Shown: positions 9,736 to 18,887 of the stretch, piece by piece
Layout: the number at the start of each line of letters is the position of its first letter
Numbering within the stretch: the stretch's first letter is position 1
Origin: a virus
Reading direction: 5' to 3' (one strand)
IMG/VR virus record: IMGVR_UViG_3300009506_000005
Location: 49,770 to 113,769 of that record
Length of the DNA: 64,000 nucleotides
Program-made: the position numbers and the translations under genes
The notes under the pieces: generated by a model
What the model saw: only the letters and a program-made list of their open reading frames with translations
What the model was told of the DNA's origin: nothing
The model's database searches: none

Positions 9736-9917
9736 CGCCTTCCCTCATCGCCGCGGTGGTCTTCTGGACCTGCGCCGTCTTCTGTGGCTCGATGGCCCTG
9801 GTACGCGGTGGAGAGAAGCTCGCCCCGTTCGATCGCGCCCTGATCCCCACGTCCCTCGCCATCCTCAGCGCCGTCCTCTGGTATGTCATCGGGACGAAGG
9901 GCATCCCCCTGGAGTAG
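9732..9917 (+). CDS. small membrane protein
   Basis: two hydrophobic segments; GTGA overlap. Confidence 0.45.
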   Translation: MTPSLIAAVVFWTCAVFCGSMALVRGGEKLAPFDRALIPTSLAILSAVLWYVIGTKGIPLE

Positions 9918-10066
9918 CACGTACCGAATCAGATTGACGTCCCTACGCTCCCTCACCTTCCCCTCCAATCCCACTCCAACCAACGAACCTGTCGATATTC
10001 CTAGCCTTGTCATCCTGTCACCATGTCTTGCCATCTTGTCGCAGGTGTCTTGCCACTCTGGCGTCC

Positions 10067-10095
10067 TTGACACGACAGCCCCACATCGCTACCAT
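10067..10095 (+). promoter_or_regulatory. sigma70-like promoter, probably giving a leaderless transcript
   Basis: TTGACA-N17-TACCAT ending 7 nt before ATG 10103; no SD. Confidence 0.6.
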
Positions 10096-10102
10096 CCTTC
10101 CC

Positions 10103-10909
10103 ATGGCAGGCAAGCGCAAACCACTGAAAACTCAACGCCGTAAGTGCGGACCCAAACCACCCGGCGAGGAGATCAACTACAAGTACATCGACCGACTCAT
10201 CGTCCATGGCGAAACCAGAGTAGACCCAACTACCAAAGAAAAAATGGTCACTTACCCCACATACAGGGAACTCGCCGCACGATTCGGAGTCTCGCATACC
10301 ACCATCTCCAACTACGCCAGACGACATAACTGTATAGAAAGACGCAAGAAAGCCATCCAGCGGGAGCACGAGAAGATTGACCAGACACTCGCTGAACTGA
10401 GGTCGGATGCCCGCGCCCTCTCGATCGAGGATGAGCTTCGCATGGTTGACAGTGCCCTCCTCGATGCCTGGACCCGGATCAAGGAGGGGGGGCTGAGAGT
10501 CGACTCCATCTCTGACCTCAACGTTGCGATAAGACTCAAGAAGTTCCTCATGGGTGACGTGGAGAGCCGCGTCGCCGTCCAGCATGGGATCGCCATCGAG
10601 GACATCCAGAAGCGGCACCAAGCTGCGGTGAAGCTGGCGAACACGGTCGCGGACGAGGCCGAGCAGGAGCGGGCCCGCCTCCTGGCTGGCGAGGTGGATG
10701 ACGCCCCCATCGACGTGGAGTTCACCGCAGAGGACAAGAAGCCCGAGGAGAGCTCGCCGGCCGAGGAGCCCGCAGGACCCCAGGAGAGCCACGAGGATGC
10801 GCCTGAGGAGCCGAATGAGGACGATCCCTTGGCCACCATCATGCGGCTGGAGAACGAGAGCACAGAGCAAGAGAGCGGCCCGAGGCCTCCTCTGGTAGCT
10901 GGGGCCTGA
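10103..10909 (+). CDS. HTH protein, probable terminase small subunit
   Basis: basic N-terminus, HTH (TYRELAARFGVSHTTISNYARRHNC), helical middle, acidic tail; no other TerS candidate seen. Confidence 0.55.
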   Translation: MAGKRKPLKTQRRKCGPKPPGEEINYKYIDRLIVHGETRVDPTTKEKMVTYPTYRELAARFGVSHTTISNYARRHNCIERRKKAIQREHEKIDQTLAELRSDARALSIEDELRMVDSALLDAWTRIKEGGLRVDSISDLNVAIRLKKFLMGDVESRVAVQHGIAIEDIQKRHQAAVKLANTVADEAEQERARLLAGEVDDAPIDVEFTAEDKKPEESSPAEEPAGPQESHEDAPEEPNEDDPLATIMRLENESTEQESGPRPPLVAGA

Positions 10910-11573
10910 ATTATATTAGGGCTCCTTAGGCCCTCACACCATCCGGTCATCGCATCAATCTGCCGAACGCTGAACAAGCTGGTCTCATCAAACCGCCGGC
11001 TGAGACCTGACCCGCCTGTGGATCGTTCGGCTGACCCCCCTCGCCAGCCTGGCCGATTGCCTACTTCACGTAATAGTGGCAATGGTTTCGGGGTGTGCTC
11101 GTATGATTCCGCGTAGTTACGAGAGAGCGTGGCCCCTGGATGCCAGGTACCCGTTGCCACTTTCGCTAGCTGGACCAGGGGCCGACGCCTACCGCAGAGG
11201 GCGACGACCCGTAAGATCCTGTAACCATTAATAAAACCCAAAATTTCAAAAATACTGTAATTCAGGGTAGGCGCATCCCCCTCCACACACTGGGTGGGAT
11301 CTGGTTCCTTTCCAGGGAAAGGCTAATGATAGTGGGTAGTTAGTGGGTTTACAGGGGGAGTGGGCGGTTTCTGGAACCTTTCCACGTTAGTCTAATGAAA
11401 ACGTGGAGTTATGAGAATTCGCAAGGTTTCCAGTGGATTGTTGTTGGATGTGGGAGATGGTAGCGGAGAGTATCGATGTAAAGGAATGGGGCCGATGGAG
11501 GCTGTATTGTCAATCGAGGATGGTGTGTGATGGCGGTTTGTTGCTCACGTATGAGCGGCGAGGGCGGTTGTTG

Positions 11574-11670
11574 TTCATGGATCGGGGTTTGATTTCACGA
11601 AAGGGCCTTTCTGTTTCACGGATCGGGGTTTCGTTTCAGGAATGGGGCTAGAATTTCACGGATCGAGGAT
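11574..11670 (+). repeat. five phased ~20-bp repeats (iteron-like)
   Basis: TTCA units at 11574, 11594, 11615, 11635, 11655, alternating TTCAyGGATCGrGG and TTCAsGAAwGGG. Confidence 0.75.
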
Positions 11671-12254
11671 TCTGAAAATCCGGGATCTTGGGGGTGGTGG
11701 GGATTTGAAGCTTGACGGAAAGAAAGTGGTGTGGATAGTGTCGGGGGTGAGCCGGTCTCCGGCGGGGTGCTTGGTCTTGGAGCTGCGATGCCCCCCCCCA
11801 CATCCACGCGAGACCATGTGCTGGAGGCCGGCGTTTTTTCTTGGTCCTGTTCCTCCTTCATTCAGTGGACTAGATCGCGGGATTCTTGGGTGGAGTAGTC
11901 CAGGGGCTTCGTGAGGCTGCGGAGAATGGGCGTGAGGGGGCGTTTGGGAGTGGACTAGTTGATGGGTAGGTAGTGCGTAGGTAGTCCACTGAATGCGATT
12001 GTGGGGAGGCTGGGAGGGGAACGGGGGCCCCGCCCGCGGGGCGGGCTCCTGGGGCTGGGAGCAGAGGGCTTGGTGGCCGGGCCCGGGGGGAGTGGATCCG
12101 CTTGGTGGCGGCGCCCGGAGCATGGGAGATCATCTGCTTCCGCTGGTCTTCGATCGCGCGCACGCGACTTGACCCCGCCCAGCTGTCGTGCGAGGATGGA
12201 TCCAGATGCCGGGATTGAGCATCGAGACAACCGAAAGGAGAAGGAGATGAAACG

Positions 12255-12635
12255 ATGAGAATCACTGCAAGGGCCCTCGCTGTGGTTGTGCTCCTGGCCG
12301 CGCTCGCGTTCTGCGTCGTGGCCTCCGCCGACCAGATCGAGATCACCAACCACGAGACGGAGATCGCCGCGGTGGACACCGACAACGTCAGCACCGCCCC
12401 GATCGAGGTCTTCAACGGAGGACATCCCCTCGTCTCCCACGTGGACGACGCCGGGCTGAGCGTGATCGTCTGCCATACGGACGGCCGAGCCGTGGCCACG
12501 GCACACGTAAGCGCGACCACTGAGGATGACTACTTGAAGGAACAAACATCAACACGGAAGTGGGTGAACGCTTGCTCTGGCGCTACTCTGCCACCGCGGC
12601 GTATCCCATTCATCGCTGGATTCGTGGGTGAGTGA
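12255..12635 (+). CDS. secreted hypothetical protein
   Basis: signal peptide (MRITAR-hydrophobic-ASA); AAGGAG SD. Confidence 0.6.
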   Translation: MRITARALAVVVLLAALAFCVVASADQIEITNHETEIAAVDTDNVSTAPIEVFNGGHPLVSHVDDAGLSVIVCHTDGRAVATAHVSATTEDDYLKEQTSTRKWVNACSGATLPPRRIPFIAGFVGE

Positions 12636-12682
12636 ACTCGTTCTTTCCTAGATTGATGCCCTGACCAGTCAGTACGATCCGA

Positions 12683-13249
12683 TCAATCCGAAAGACGTTT
12701 TTCAATGGCAAGGTCCAAAGTGGACAGGGCCCGGATCCGGTTGCGGAGAGACCGTTTCTTCTCGCGATCGTCCGTGGCCTCCAGCTCGGTGGAGAGATCG
12801 CTGATCACCGCGTTGAGCCAAGTGCACGCCCGCTCCCACTCCAGGCGGGGCATGGCGACGGAGATCAGCTGGGTGCGGCGCTCCTCGTCGTACACATCAT
12901 CCGCGCGATCCTTACCAATGTCCTGGCGCATGGCGAGTACCTCGCGGCCGAGGTCGGTGATCGCGTAGCCGTCTCCAGCCTGTGGAACGTGAACCAGGTT
13001 CCTCGTGATGAGCAGCGTCGAAACAGATGGCAGCTTGTTCCCCTCGGACATGGTGAGGAGATCCCCAATCATCTTGGCGTTGATCGTCTCGGCGAGCATG
13101 GCCACCTCCTGAGCGTGCTCCCCGTAGGCGGTCAGATTCCCGTCTCTCTTCGCCAGGCCGCGTCGCACGAGCTGAGACACTGCATCCGGGCTCGGCTTGA
13201 TGGTGGGATCCGTGAGACACTCGCGCTCCTCCTTCGTGAGCTTGATCAT
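12683..13249 (-). CDS. tandem winged-helix-like protein
   Basis: repeated L..RGL...LT..G / L..RNLV..YAITDLG. Confidence 0.5.
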   Translation of the reverse strand: MIKLTKEERECLTDPTIKPSPDAVSQLVRRGLAKRDGNLTAYGEHAQEVAMLAETINAKMIGDLLTMSEGNKLPSVSTLLITRNLVHVPQAGDGYAITDLGREVLAMRQDIGKDRADDVYDEERRTQLISVAMPRLEWERACTWLNAVISDLSTELEATDDREKKRSLRNRIRALSTLDLAIEKRLSD

Positions 13250-13905
13250 CGCCCCACCTTCTCGCGGAAGACGGCGACCTTCTTCCTGAGCTTGGCCTCG
13301 TACCGCGAAAGCTGCTCGATGGCCTTGCGAATTGGAGCGCGCTCCTCCCGCGGAACCAGCACGAGCTTCTCGGAGAAGAGGACCACGGCGCCGGCAAGCG
13401 CATCGGCCAGGGCACCCGCATCATCGATCCTCGGAGGTTCGAGGAGCTGGACGCGGCCGCGTTCCTCCATCTTTGGAACCTCTCCTGGTTCGTCGACAAG
13501 CAGCCCACGATCCACGGCCTCCCAGTACGTGACCAGGCCACGATCGCTGATCACGTTGCGCTTCTGGTTCCTGTCATACTTGATCAGCCGGTAGCCGCGG
13601 AGGATCATCCAGATGTCCGTCTTGACGAAACGCCTGGCCCATGTTTTCTCATCATCTGCGAGTATCTTGATAGCCTCGACAATCTTCTCACGGTTCTTCT
13701 TTTTTTCGAGCTCGTCCATGGCGCGGATCGCCTCGGTGCGCAGTTGCCCGGCAGATGTCCGATTCCATGATCGTCCATCTCCTTCCGGAGCCGATTCGAG
13801 CAGACCGAGATCGCGCAATTCGATCGCCGTATCCGCGCTTCCGGTGATGTCCCCGCGCAGCATGTCCCGCTGCTCGTCCGTGAGCTTGAGGGGCAGGCCG
13901 GTCAT
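13246..13905 (-). CDS. tandem winged-helix-like protein
   Basis: LRDLGLL...RTSAG and YRLI...ISDRG repeats; N-terminus resembles neighbour. Confidence 0.5.
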   Translation of the reverse strand: MTGLPLKLTDEQRDMLRGDITGSADTAIELRDLGLLESAPEGDGRSWNRTSAGQLRTEAIRAMDELEKKKNREKIVEAIKILADDEKTWARRFVKTDIWMILRGYRLIKYDRNQKRNVISDRGLVTYWEAVDRGLLVDEPGEVPKMEERGRVQLLEPPRIDDAGALADALAGAVVLFSEKLVLVPREERAPIRKAIEQLSRYEAKLRKKVAVFREKVGR

Positions 13906-14144
13906 CTGGCCTTCCTCTTGGCCAGGGCCGCGGAAACTGTCTCCGCGATCCCCAGCGCCGTGAGCAGACGGTAGAGCCGCGGACGGTGGATGCCGAGCTC
14001 CTGGGCCAAGGCAACCAAGGTCGGCTGCTCGATGGACTCCACGGCTGCGAGAACCTCTTCCAGGGCCCGGGCCGCTACCCGGCGATCGAACTTGCTGCGG
14101 TTGTCCGTGAAGACGGAGATGGAGTTGGAGTTGGGGCCGGTCAT
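13902..14144 (-). CDS. small HTH protein
   Basis: TLVALAQELGIHRPRLYRLL. Confidence 0.65.
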   Translation of the reverse strand: MTGPNSNSISVFTDNRSKFDRRVAARALEEVLAAVESIEQPTLVALAQELGIHRPRLYRLLTALGIAETVSAALAKRKAR

Positions 14145-14512
14145 GATGTGCCCTCCTTGTCCAGGTGCTCGCGGAGGAGCTTGTTGATGCGGCGGGCCAT
14201 CCTGATCTTCCCCGTCTCGTAGGGATCCCGAGAGGTCCGCCCTTCGAGTGGCTCGGTCTCGGCCATCACCGCCTTGAGCGCAGCCCCGGTTCTTTCGAGC
14301 TCCTCGATGGCCGCCGGCACGCCCTCGGCGATCTTGTGCTTGCAGAAGCGCTGCGACAGCGTGTTGCACTGCTCCTCGTACTCGCGCAGGCGCATGATCT
14401 CCTTTCCCATGTCCTCGAACACGACGAGAACATGGTTGCAGGCCTTGTGGCCGCACTCCGAGCATTCGACAACCCACTCTCCTCCGACCTTCCTCGTTAT
14501 GATCTCAGGCAT
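14141..14512 (-). CDS. hypothetical protein
   Basis: coupled ORF, GAAAGGAGG SD. Confidence 0.5.
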   Translation of the reverse strand: MPEIITRKVGGEWVVECSECGHKACNHVLVVFEDMGKEIMRLREYEEQCNTLSQRFCKHKIAEGVPAAIEELERTGAALKAVMAETEPLEGRTSRDPYETGKIRMARRINKLLREHLDKEGTS

Positions 14513-14957
14513 GCGATTCCTCCTTTCTCGGCCCACGCATGACGGCCTTCTCCAGCTGTCTCATGAGGTCTTTCCCGCGCTCCCGCAGGTGCTGGTACCG
14601 GTGTTGATGTTTCTTGGCCTCCTCACAGACCTCACAGAGCTCCTCCGCCTCCATGTCAACCAGGCACGGGTCACGGCCACTATCCAAGCGGCACTCGTTG
14701 AGCAGCTCGTTCCGCTTGTTCTTCGACACGATCTTCTGGCGCCGGACCTGGACGAGTTCGATGGCGATCTCCTCGATCGTCTTGCCTCGCCTCGGTTCTG
14801 GCACCTTGGGCTCAAGCCAGTAGTGCCCTTCGTGAAAAGGGCACCGGATCGGATTCCTGTTCTCGGCCGCGATCTCTTTCCGCGTGATCGGCTCCTCGTA
14901 GACCTCTACGTCCAGCCAGATCTCACGCCCGCACTTCTGACAGATGAACGCTCTCAC
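14505..14957 (-). CDS. Cys-rich hypothetical protein
   Basis: CQKC, CPFH, CEVC. Confidence 0.5.
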   Translation of the reverse strand: MRAFICQKCGREIWLDVEVYEEPITRKEIAAENRNPIRCPFHEGHYWLEPKVPEPRRGKTIEEIAIELVQVRRQKIVSKNKRNELLNECRLDSGRDPCLVDMEAEELCEVCEEAKKHQHRYQHLRERGKDLMRQLEKAVMRGPRKEESHA

Positions 14958-14960
14958 CCA

Positions 14961-15299
14961 TCACCTTCCTTTCTTCCTTCTCGTGAACCCCGCAGTCTGT
15001 GAGTCCTCGCACATGAGCTCGCCAGCGGCGCAGCTAGCTGAGAAGCAGGCATCACAGACGAGCTCGCCTTCCTCCTCCCCATCTCCCTCGCACTCCGAGA
15101 TGAGACGGAGCAGGTCGTTGTAGCGGAACTCCACGCGCTCGGCGTGCTCCTTGCAGTTGCTCAGCCATTCCCTGGCCTTGATCGGATCCGGGTTGTCTCC
15201 GCGCAGGTGCACCTTCGCTGCGGAAGCCATCCTCGTCACGAGGTCCGCGTCAGACTGCAACTGGAACGCAGCCTCGGCCGCCAGCTCAAGCTTGGTCAT
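14961..15299 (-). CDS. hypothetical protein
   Basis: ORF with SD; C-terminal Cys cluster. Confidence 0.5.
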   Translation of the reverse strand: MTKLELAAEAAFQLQSDADLVTRMASAAKVHLRGDNPDPIKAREWLSNCKEHAERVEFRYNDLLRLISECEGDGEEEGELVCDACFSASCAAGELMCEDSQTAGFTRRKKGR

Positions 15300-15474
15300 C
15301 GTCTCCCTCCTCGATGGTGTAGACAGCGAAACTCGTGGGCGCCGCGTTGCCCATCTTCATACCCTCGATCGCGAGATCCACATCCACGTAGTTCCCCTCC
15401 AGCTTGGAGCGGAGCTCTTCCATGGTGATCTCCTCGCGGTCTCCGTTGTCTTTCCACGTGCGGATGATCTTCAT
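15286..15474 (-). CDS. hypothetical protein
   Basis: AAAGGAG SD; coupled. Confidence 0.5.
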   Translation of the reverse strand: MKIIRTWKDNGDREEITMEELRSKLEGNYVDVDLAIEGMKMGNAAPTSFAVYTIEEGDDDQA

Positions 15475-15815
15475 CTCATCTCCTTTCTTGATCGCTCCCG
15501 GCAATCCGGGCAGCGGTTCAGTAGTTCGGTCAGAGCTGCGCATCGATCGACACGGAACTCCAGATGCTCATTCGGAAGGTAGGAGAAATCAGGCTGGCTC
15601 AGAGGGCTCTCGTGGCGATGTCCACGGCGCAGCATCTCTGCGGCAAGCTCATCATGGCGCAGCTTGTACGATCCGGGCTCGATCTGGTTTCCCGCAACGC
15701 GGCCGGCGATGGAGTGGCGCTTGGCCCAGCTCGGCATGAACTTGTGGAGTTCGCCGTGCTCGCCGAGTAGGTGACGCTGGCAGAGGATACAGGGATCTGC
15801 CATCCACATTCTCAC
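15471..15815 (-). CDS. denV: pyrimidine dimer DNA glycosylase (T4 endonuclease V-like)
   Basis: (M)RMW..DP..LCQRHLLGEHGELH ... RHDELAAEMLRRG matches the DenV pattern. Confidence 0.75.
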   Translation of the reverse strand: MRMWMADPCILCQRHLLGEHGELHKFMPSWAKRHSIAGRVAGNQIEPGSYKLRHDELAAEMLRRGHRHESPLSQPDFSYLPNEHLEFRVDRCAALTELLNRCPDCRERSRKEMR

Positions 15816-16081
15816 GGGAGCACCTCGCAGTACTTGGGATCGATGGTAAACACGAAGTGCCGCCGCTCGTAGTCCGTGTCGCCCAAGTAATAGGACCAGC
15901 GGTTTTTCAGGTGGCGCGGGTTGTCGGCACACCGCGCACGGATGCGCAGCTTGCCGGACAGGGTGCATACGCTGAGCACCTCGCCGCGGGCCACGTTGTA
16001 GCCGGTGTTGGGGCAATCGACGCGCACCCAGTCACCGCGCTGCGGGATAGGTGATTCGAACAGTGGGAGGGTCTGGGTCAT
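15812..16081 (-). CDS. hypothetical protein
   Basis: AGGAG SD; coupled to denV. Confidence 0.5.
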   Translation of the reverse strand: MTQTLPLFESPIPQRGDWVRVDCPNTGYNVARGEVLSVCTLSGKLRIRARCADNPRHLKNRWSYYLGDTDYERRHFVFTIDPKYCEVLP

Positions 16082-16088
16082 TTCTCTC

Positions 16089-16561
16089 CTAGAGCACGGC
16101 GAACGGGTTGAACGAGTCCCCGATGTTGAAGCGGCCGTGGCGGGTGTCCACCGCGTAGCCGAACTTGTTCCAGATTGCCTTGGCAACCGCGGCGCGATCG
16201 CGGCCGGCGGCGAGCCACTTCTGAGCGTAGGCAACGGCCTCGACCATAGCCAGGCCGATCCGAGTCATTCTCGTAATCGGCCCGGTCTGGGCAGTCCCTC
16301 TGTCAAAAGAGAACAGCGCTGGCCACGCAGACGGCCACACCTCGCCGCCATAGGATGAAACGTGGCCGTCTTCCGTGTTGACGGATATTTCGCACCACGC
16401 CACGCGCCCGTTTCGAGGCGACCATCCGTCGGCAAGTTCGCCACCTCAAGCCGAACACGCACATAACCAGGAATGCCAGCCTTGTGACCAAAAACTTTGA
16501 TCATTGGATTTCTCATGTTCCCCTCCAGATTGGCGCAGAGATCATTCATGGTGATCTTCAT
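16089..16561 (-). pseudogene. hypothetical gene frameshifted by a 5-bp tandem duplication
   Basis: GCGTG x2 at 16396-16405; removing one copy fuses two frames into one 155-aa ORF. Confidence 0.6.
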
Positions 16562-16950
16562 CACGCCGCCATCTCGCGCGCGGCCTCGATCTCGCGCTGG
16601 CACTGCTCGGCGTAGGCCTTGTTTCCCCACTTCTCGGCGCGCTTGATCCGGCGAGCTTGCTGCTTCTCGAACGCCGCCAGGACCGCGGTGAAGAGATCGT
16701 GCCCGGGGTGCACGCGGATGCGGTCCTTCTCGAAGTAGTCCTGGTTGTAGTCCGTGTTGTTCTCCACCTCGAACATCTCGTGGATCTCGGCCGGGAACCC
16801 GGAGTACTCGCTCGCGTAGATGACCAGCTGGTCCTTGATCTCGCGCTCGCCGCTGACCCAGTTCTGGATGACCGAGTAGTGCGCCTTCACAAGCTTCTTC
16901 TCGCCGTTGATCTTGAGACCGTTGTAGAAAAATTTGATCGTGGTTGCCAT
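16561..16950 (-). CDS. hypothetical phage protein
   Basis: strong codon bias, SD; NNTDYNQDYFEKD motif. Confidence 0.7.
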   Translation of the reverse strand: MATTIKFFYNGLKINGEKKLVKAHYSVIQNWVSGEREIKDQLVIYASEYSGFPAEIHEMFEVENNTDYNQDYFEKDRIRVHPGHDLFTAVLAAFEKQQARRIKRAEKWGNKAYAEQCQREIEAAREMAA

Positions 16951-16965
16951 GTTCGTTCTCCCTTC

Positions 16966-17172
16966 CTAGAGCACTTCGATGGAGGTGACGCGCTCGGAGC
17001 CGCGGTAGTTGACCAGGAACCAGACCGAGGCGTTGTGGATGTTCTGGATAATGGACATCCGTCCGCCGCGGGGGCCCACGAGGTCCATGCTGAACCCGCC
17101 GATCTTCGTGACCGTGAACTTCTTGGTGCCGTTGATGACGATGTTCGCGCCCTTCGCGATTCCCTGTGTCAT
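16966..17172 (-). CDS. hypothetical protein, first gene of leftward operon
   Basis: AAGGAGG SD. Confidence 0.6.
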   Translation of the reverse strand: MTQGIAKGANIVINGTKKFTVTKIGGFSMDLVGPRGGRMSIIQNIHNASVWFLVNYRGSERVTSIEVL

Positions 17173-17208
17173 GCTGTCCTCCTTGTGTGTCCCCGTTGCC
17201 ATGTTCTA

Positions 17209-17237
17209 AGTATGGACACATTGGCCGAGTGTGTCAA
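17209..17237 (-). promoter_or_regulatory. sigma70-like promoter of leftward operon
   Basis: TTGACA-N17-CATACT with A/T tracts upstream. Confidence 0.7.
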
Positions 17238-17374
17238 CCTAAAACAGCAAAAAAATCGAAAAAAGTTACAAGCTGGCGGAATCATGTGAGTTTTAACGCT
17301 TAAATAAACGGCGAATTCTGCGACAGGCATGGACGTCGAGACCCGTACTTGACGGGTACTTGATCGGAAACGGG

Positions 17375-17499
17375 TTGACCGCCGGCGCCGTCTCGCGGTA
17401 GCCTATGGGCCTGGGACCTCCTTTCAGAAGGCTGTCGCACGGGCCACATACCCGGGCGTCAGTCTGCCCCTTGACCGCCCGGCCATTTCCGGCTATCGT
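17375..17499 (+). promoter_or_regulatory. two tandem promoters
   Basis: TTGACC-N18-TAGCCT (17375) and TTGACC-N17-TATCGT (17471). Confidence 0.5.
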
Positions 17500-17549
17500 C
17501 GGGGTCAGGTAGTTCTAGAAGGCAGACAACTAGAAAGGGAGGTGGTCAG

Positions 17550-17864
17550 ATGATCATCAAAGTGCAGGCTTCCAAGGACAGGAACAAGTGGTGGTTGATG
17601 GACAACCTGGCGAAGGTCAGGTTCCAGGATCGCGCGGACGTGCTCGAAGATGGAGAGGGGTTCAAGGAGGGTGCCTTCGACATCGATCTGCGCGGGATGC
17701 TGAACGAATACGACAACAGGCGGACCGAGTACTCCGTGATGGTGGTCCGGGATCGCGACGGCAAGGAGACCTCGGTGCTCTTCGATGGCGTGGCCTACAT
17801 CATGAACGACCAGGGCGAAACCGTGGAGAAGGTGGTTGGGAACCTGGAGAAGGAAGGGATGTAG
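17550..17864 (+). CDS. hypothetical protein
   Basis: GGGAGGT SD; AYIMNDQGETVEK C-terminus. Confidence 0.65.
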   Translation: MIIKVQASKDRNKWWLMDNLAKVRFQDRADVLEDGEGFKEGAFDIDLRGMLNEYDNRRTEYSVMVVRDRDGKETSVLFDGVAYIMNDQGETVEKVVGNLEKEGM

Positions 17865-17870
17865 ATTCAA

Positions 17871-17942
17871 TGCGGGGTGACGCAGTGGCAGCGTGTCGGG
17901 CTCATAACCCGAAAGTCGGCGGTTCAATTCCGCCCCCCGCTA
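17871..17942 (+). tRNA. tRNA-Met(CAT), initiator type; CCA not encoded
   Basis: cloverleaf; three G-C pairs closing the anticodon stem, CTCATAA loop, TTCAATT T-loop, unpaired 1:72 (T:T). Confidence 0.92.
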
Positions 17943-18142
17943 CAAAGGCCCGTTCGATTCGGGCTCGTTCGCCGAGGGCGTGGTCGCGAAGGGAGCTGGG
18001 TTTGACTCCCAGTGATATGTCCGGCGTCACAGAGGCGCCGGTAACTCCGCAGAGACATATGGCGCGGGCTGCCTCGCTCGTGAGGGACACGGCGGAATCC
18101 GAGGTCCTGGAGGCGCTATTTTTTCGATGAAAGGAGGCTGGC

Positions 18143-18613
18143 ATGAAGTGGGAGGAGACGGAGGCGGACAAGTGCCGCTACGGTGAGATCGCATCGCGCA
18201 TTTTCGGCGAGGCGGAAATCATCTGGGAGCGCTCGGAGGCAGGCTACCAGGGATCGGCGAACGTACTGGCGGCGATGCCGGACGGCACCTTCGTTCACTA
18301 CGAGTGGACCTACGGGTCGTGCTCCGGCTGTGACGAGTGGGAGGCGCGCGGTCTGTCCGACGATGAGGTCGAGCAGGAGATGCGCAGCGCCATGGCCGTG
18401 CTCAAGGACGTGGAGACGCTTCGGAAGTACCTGCACCTGACCGAGGGATTCGAGGACGCGGAGGCGCCCTCGGCGAACACGCCCACGAACGGCGGAATCG
18501 TTGGTCCGCTGCGCGCGCTCTGCGGCACGGACGGAACTGAGTTCCAGGCGATGGCCTGCGCCGCGCAAGAGTGGCTGGCGAAGCGGGAGGTGGGCGATGC
18601 AGCGCAAGGTTGA
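18143..18613 (+). CDS. hypothetical phage protein (YGSCSGCD motif)
   Basis: GAAAGGAGG SD; GYQG...YGSCSGCDEWE. Confidence 0.7.
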   Translation: MKWEETEADKCRYGEIASRIFGEAEIIWERSEAGYQGSANVLAAMPDGTFVHYEWTYGSCSGCDEWEARGLSDDEVEQEMRSAMAVLKDVETLRKYLHLTEGFEDAEAPSANTPTNGGIVGPLRALCGTDGTEFQAMACAAQEWLAKREVGDAAQG

Positions 18614-18887
18614 GACGTTCGATCTGGAGCAGGCCTACGATGAGAAGATCACCCCGCTCATGGATCAGATCATCGAGATCTGCCAGGAGCACAAGATGCC
18701 GATGATCGCGGACTTCATCTACTGCGTCAATGATCAAGGGCTCCTGAGCGGTTGCGAGACGCTGCTCAACGGCTTCGAGAACAGACGCATCGACACGATG
18801 GACGGCGCGCACAACGCGCTGCGGGCACCCGCTCGTCTCACGGCGTGGATGGATCCTCCGAGGAATTCTGGAGACGGCCGTGGCTGA
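18597..18887 (+). CDS. hypothetical protein
   Basis: YDEKITPLMDQIIEICQEHKMPM; resembles the N-terminus of 24699-25187. Confidence 0.6.
   Translation: MQRKVETFDLEQAYDEKITPLMDQIIEICQEHKMPMIADFIYCVNDQGLLSGCETLLNGFENRRIDTMDGAHNALRAPARLTAWMDPPRNSGDGRG

Noticed and set aside
9433-9917. Holin/spanin lysis cassette
   Set aside because: No endolysin or convincing lipobox nearby
11574-11670. Possible mini-CRISPR array
   Set aside because: Units are ~20 bp and contiguous with no unique spacers; no cas genes in the window
10910-12250. Short ORFs in the skewed region
   Set aside because: Atypical composition and no SD; treated as non-coding
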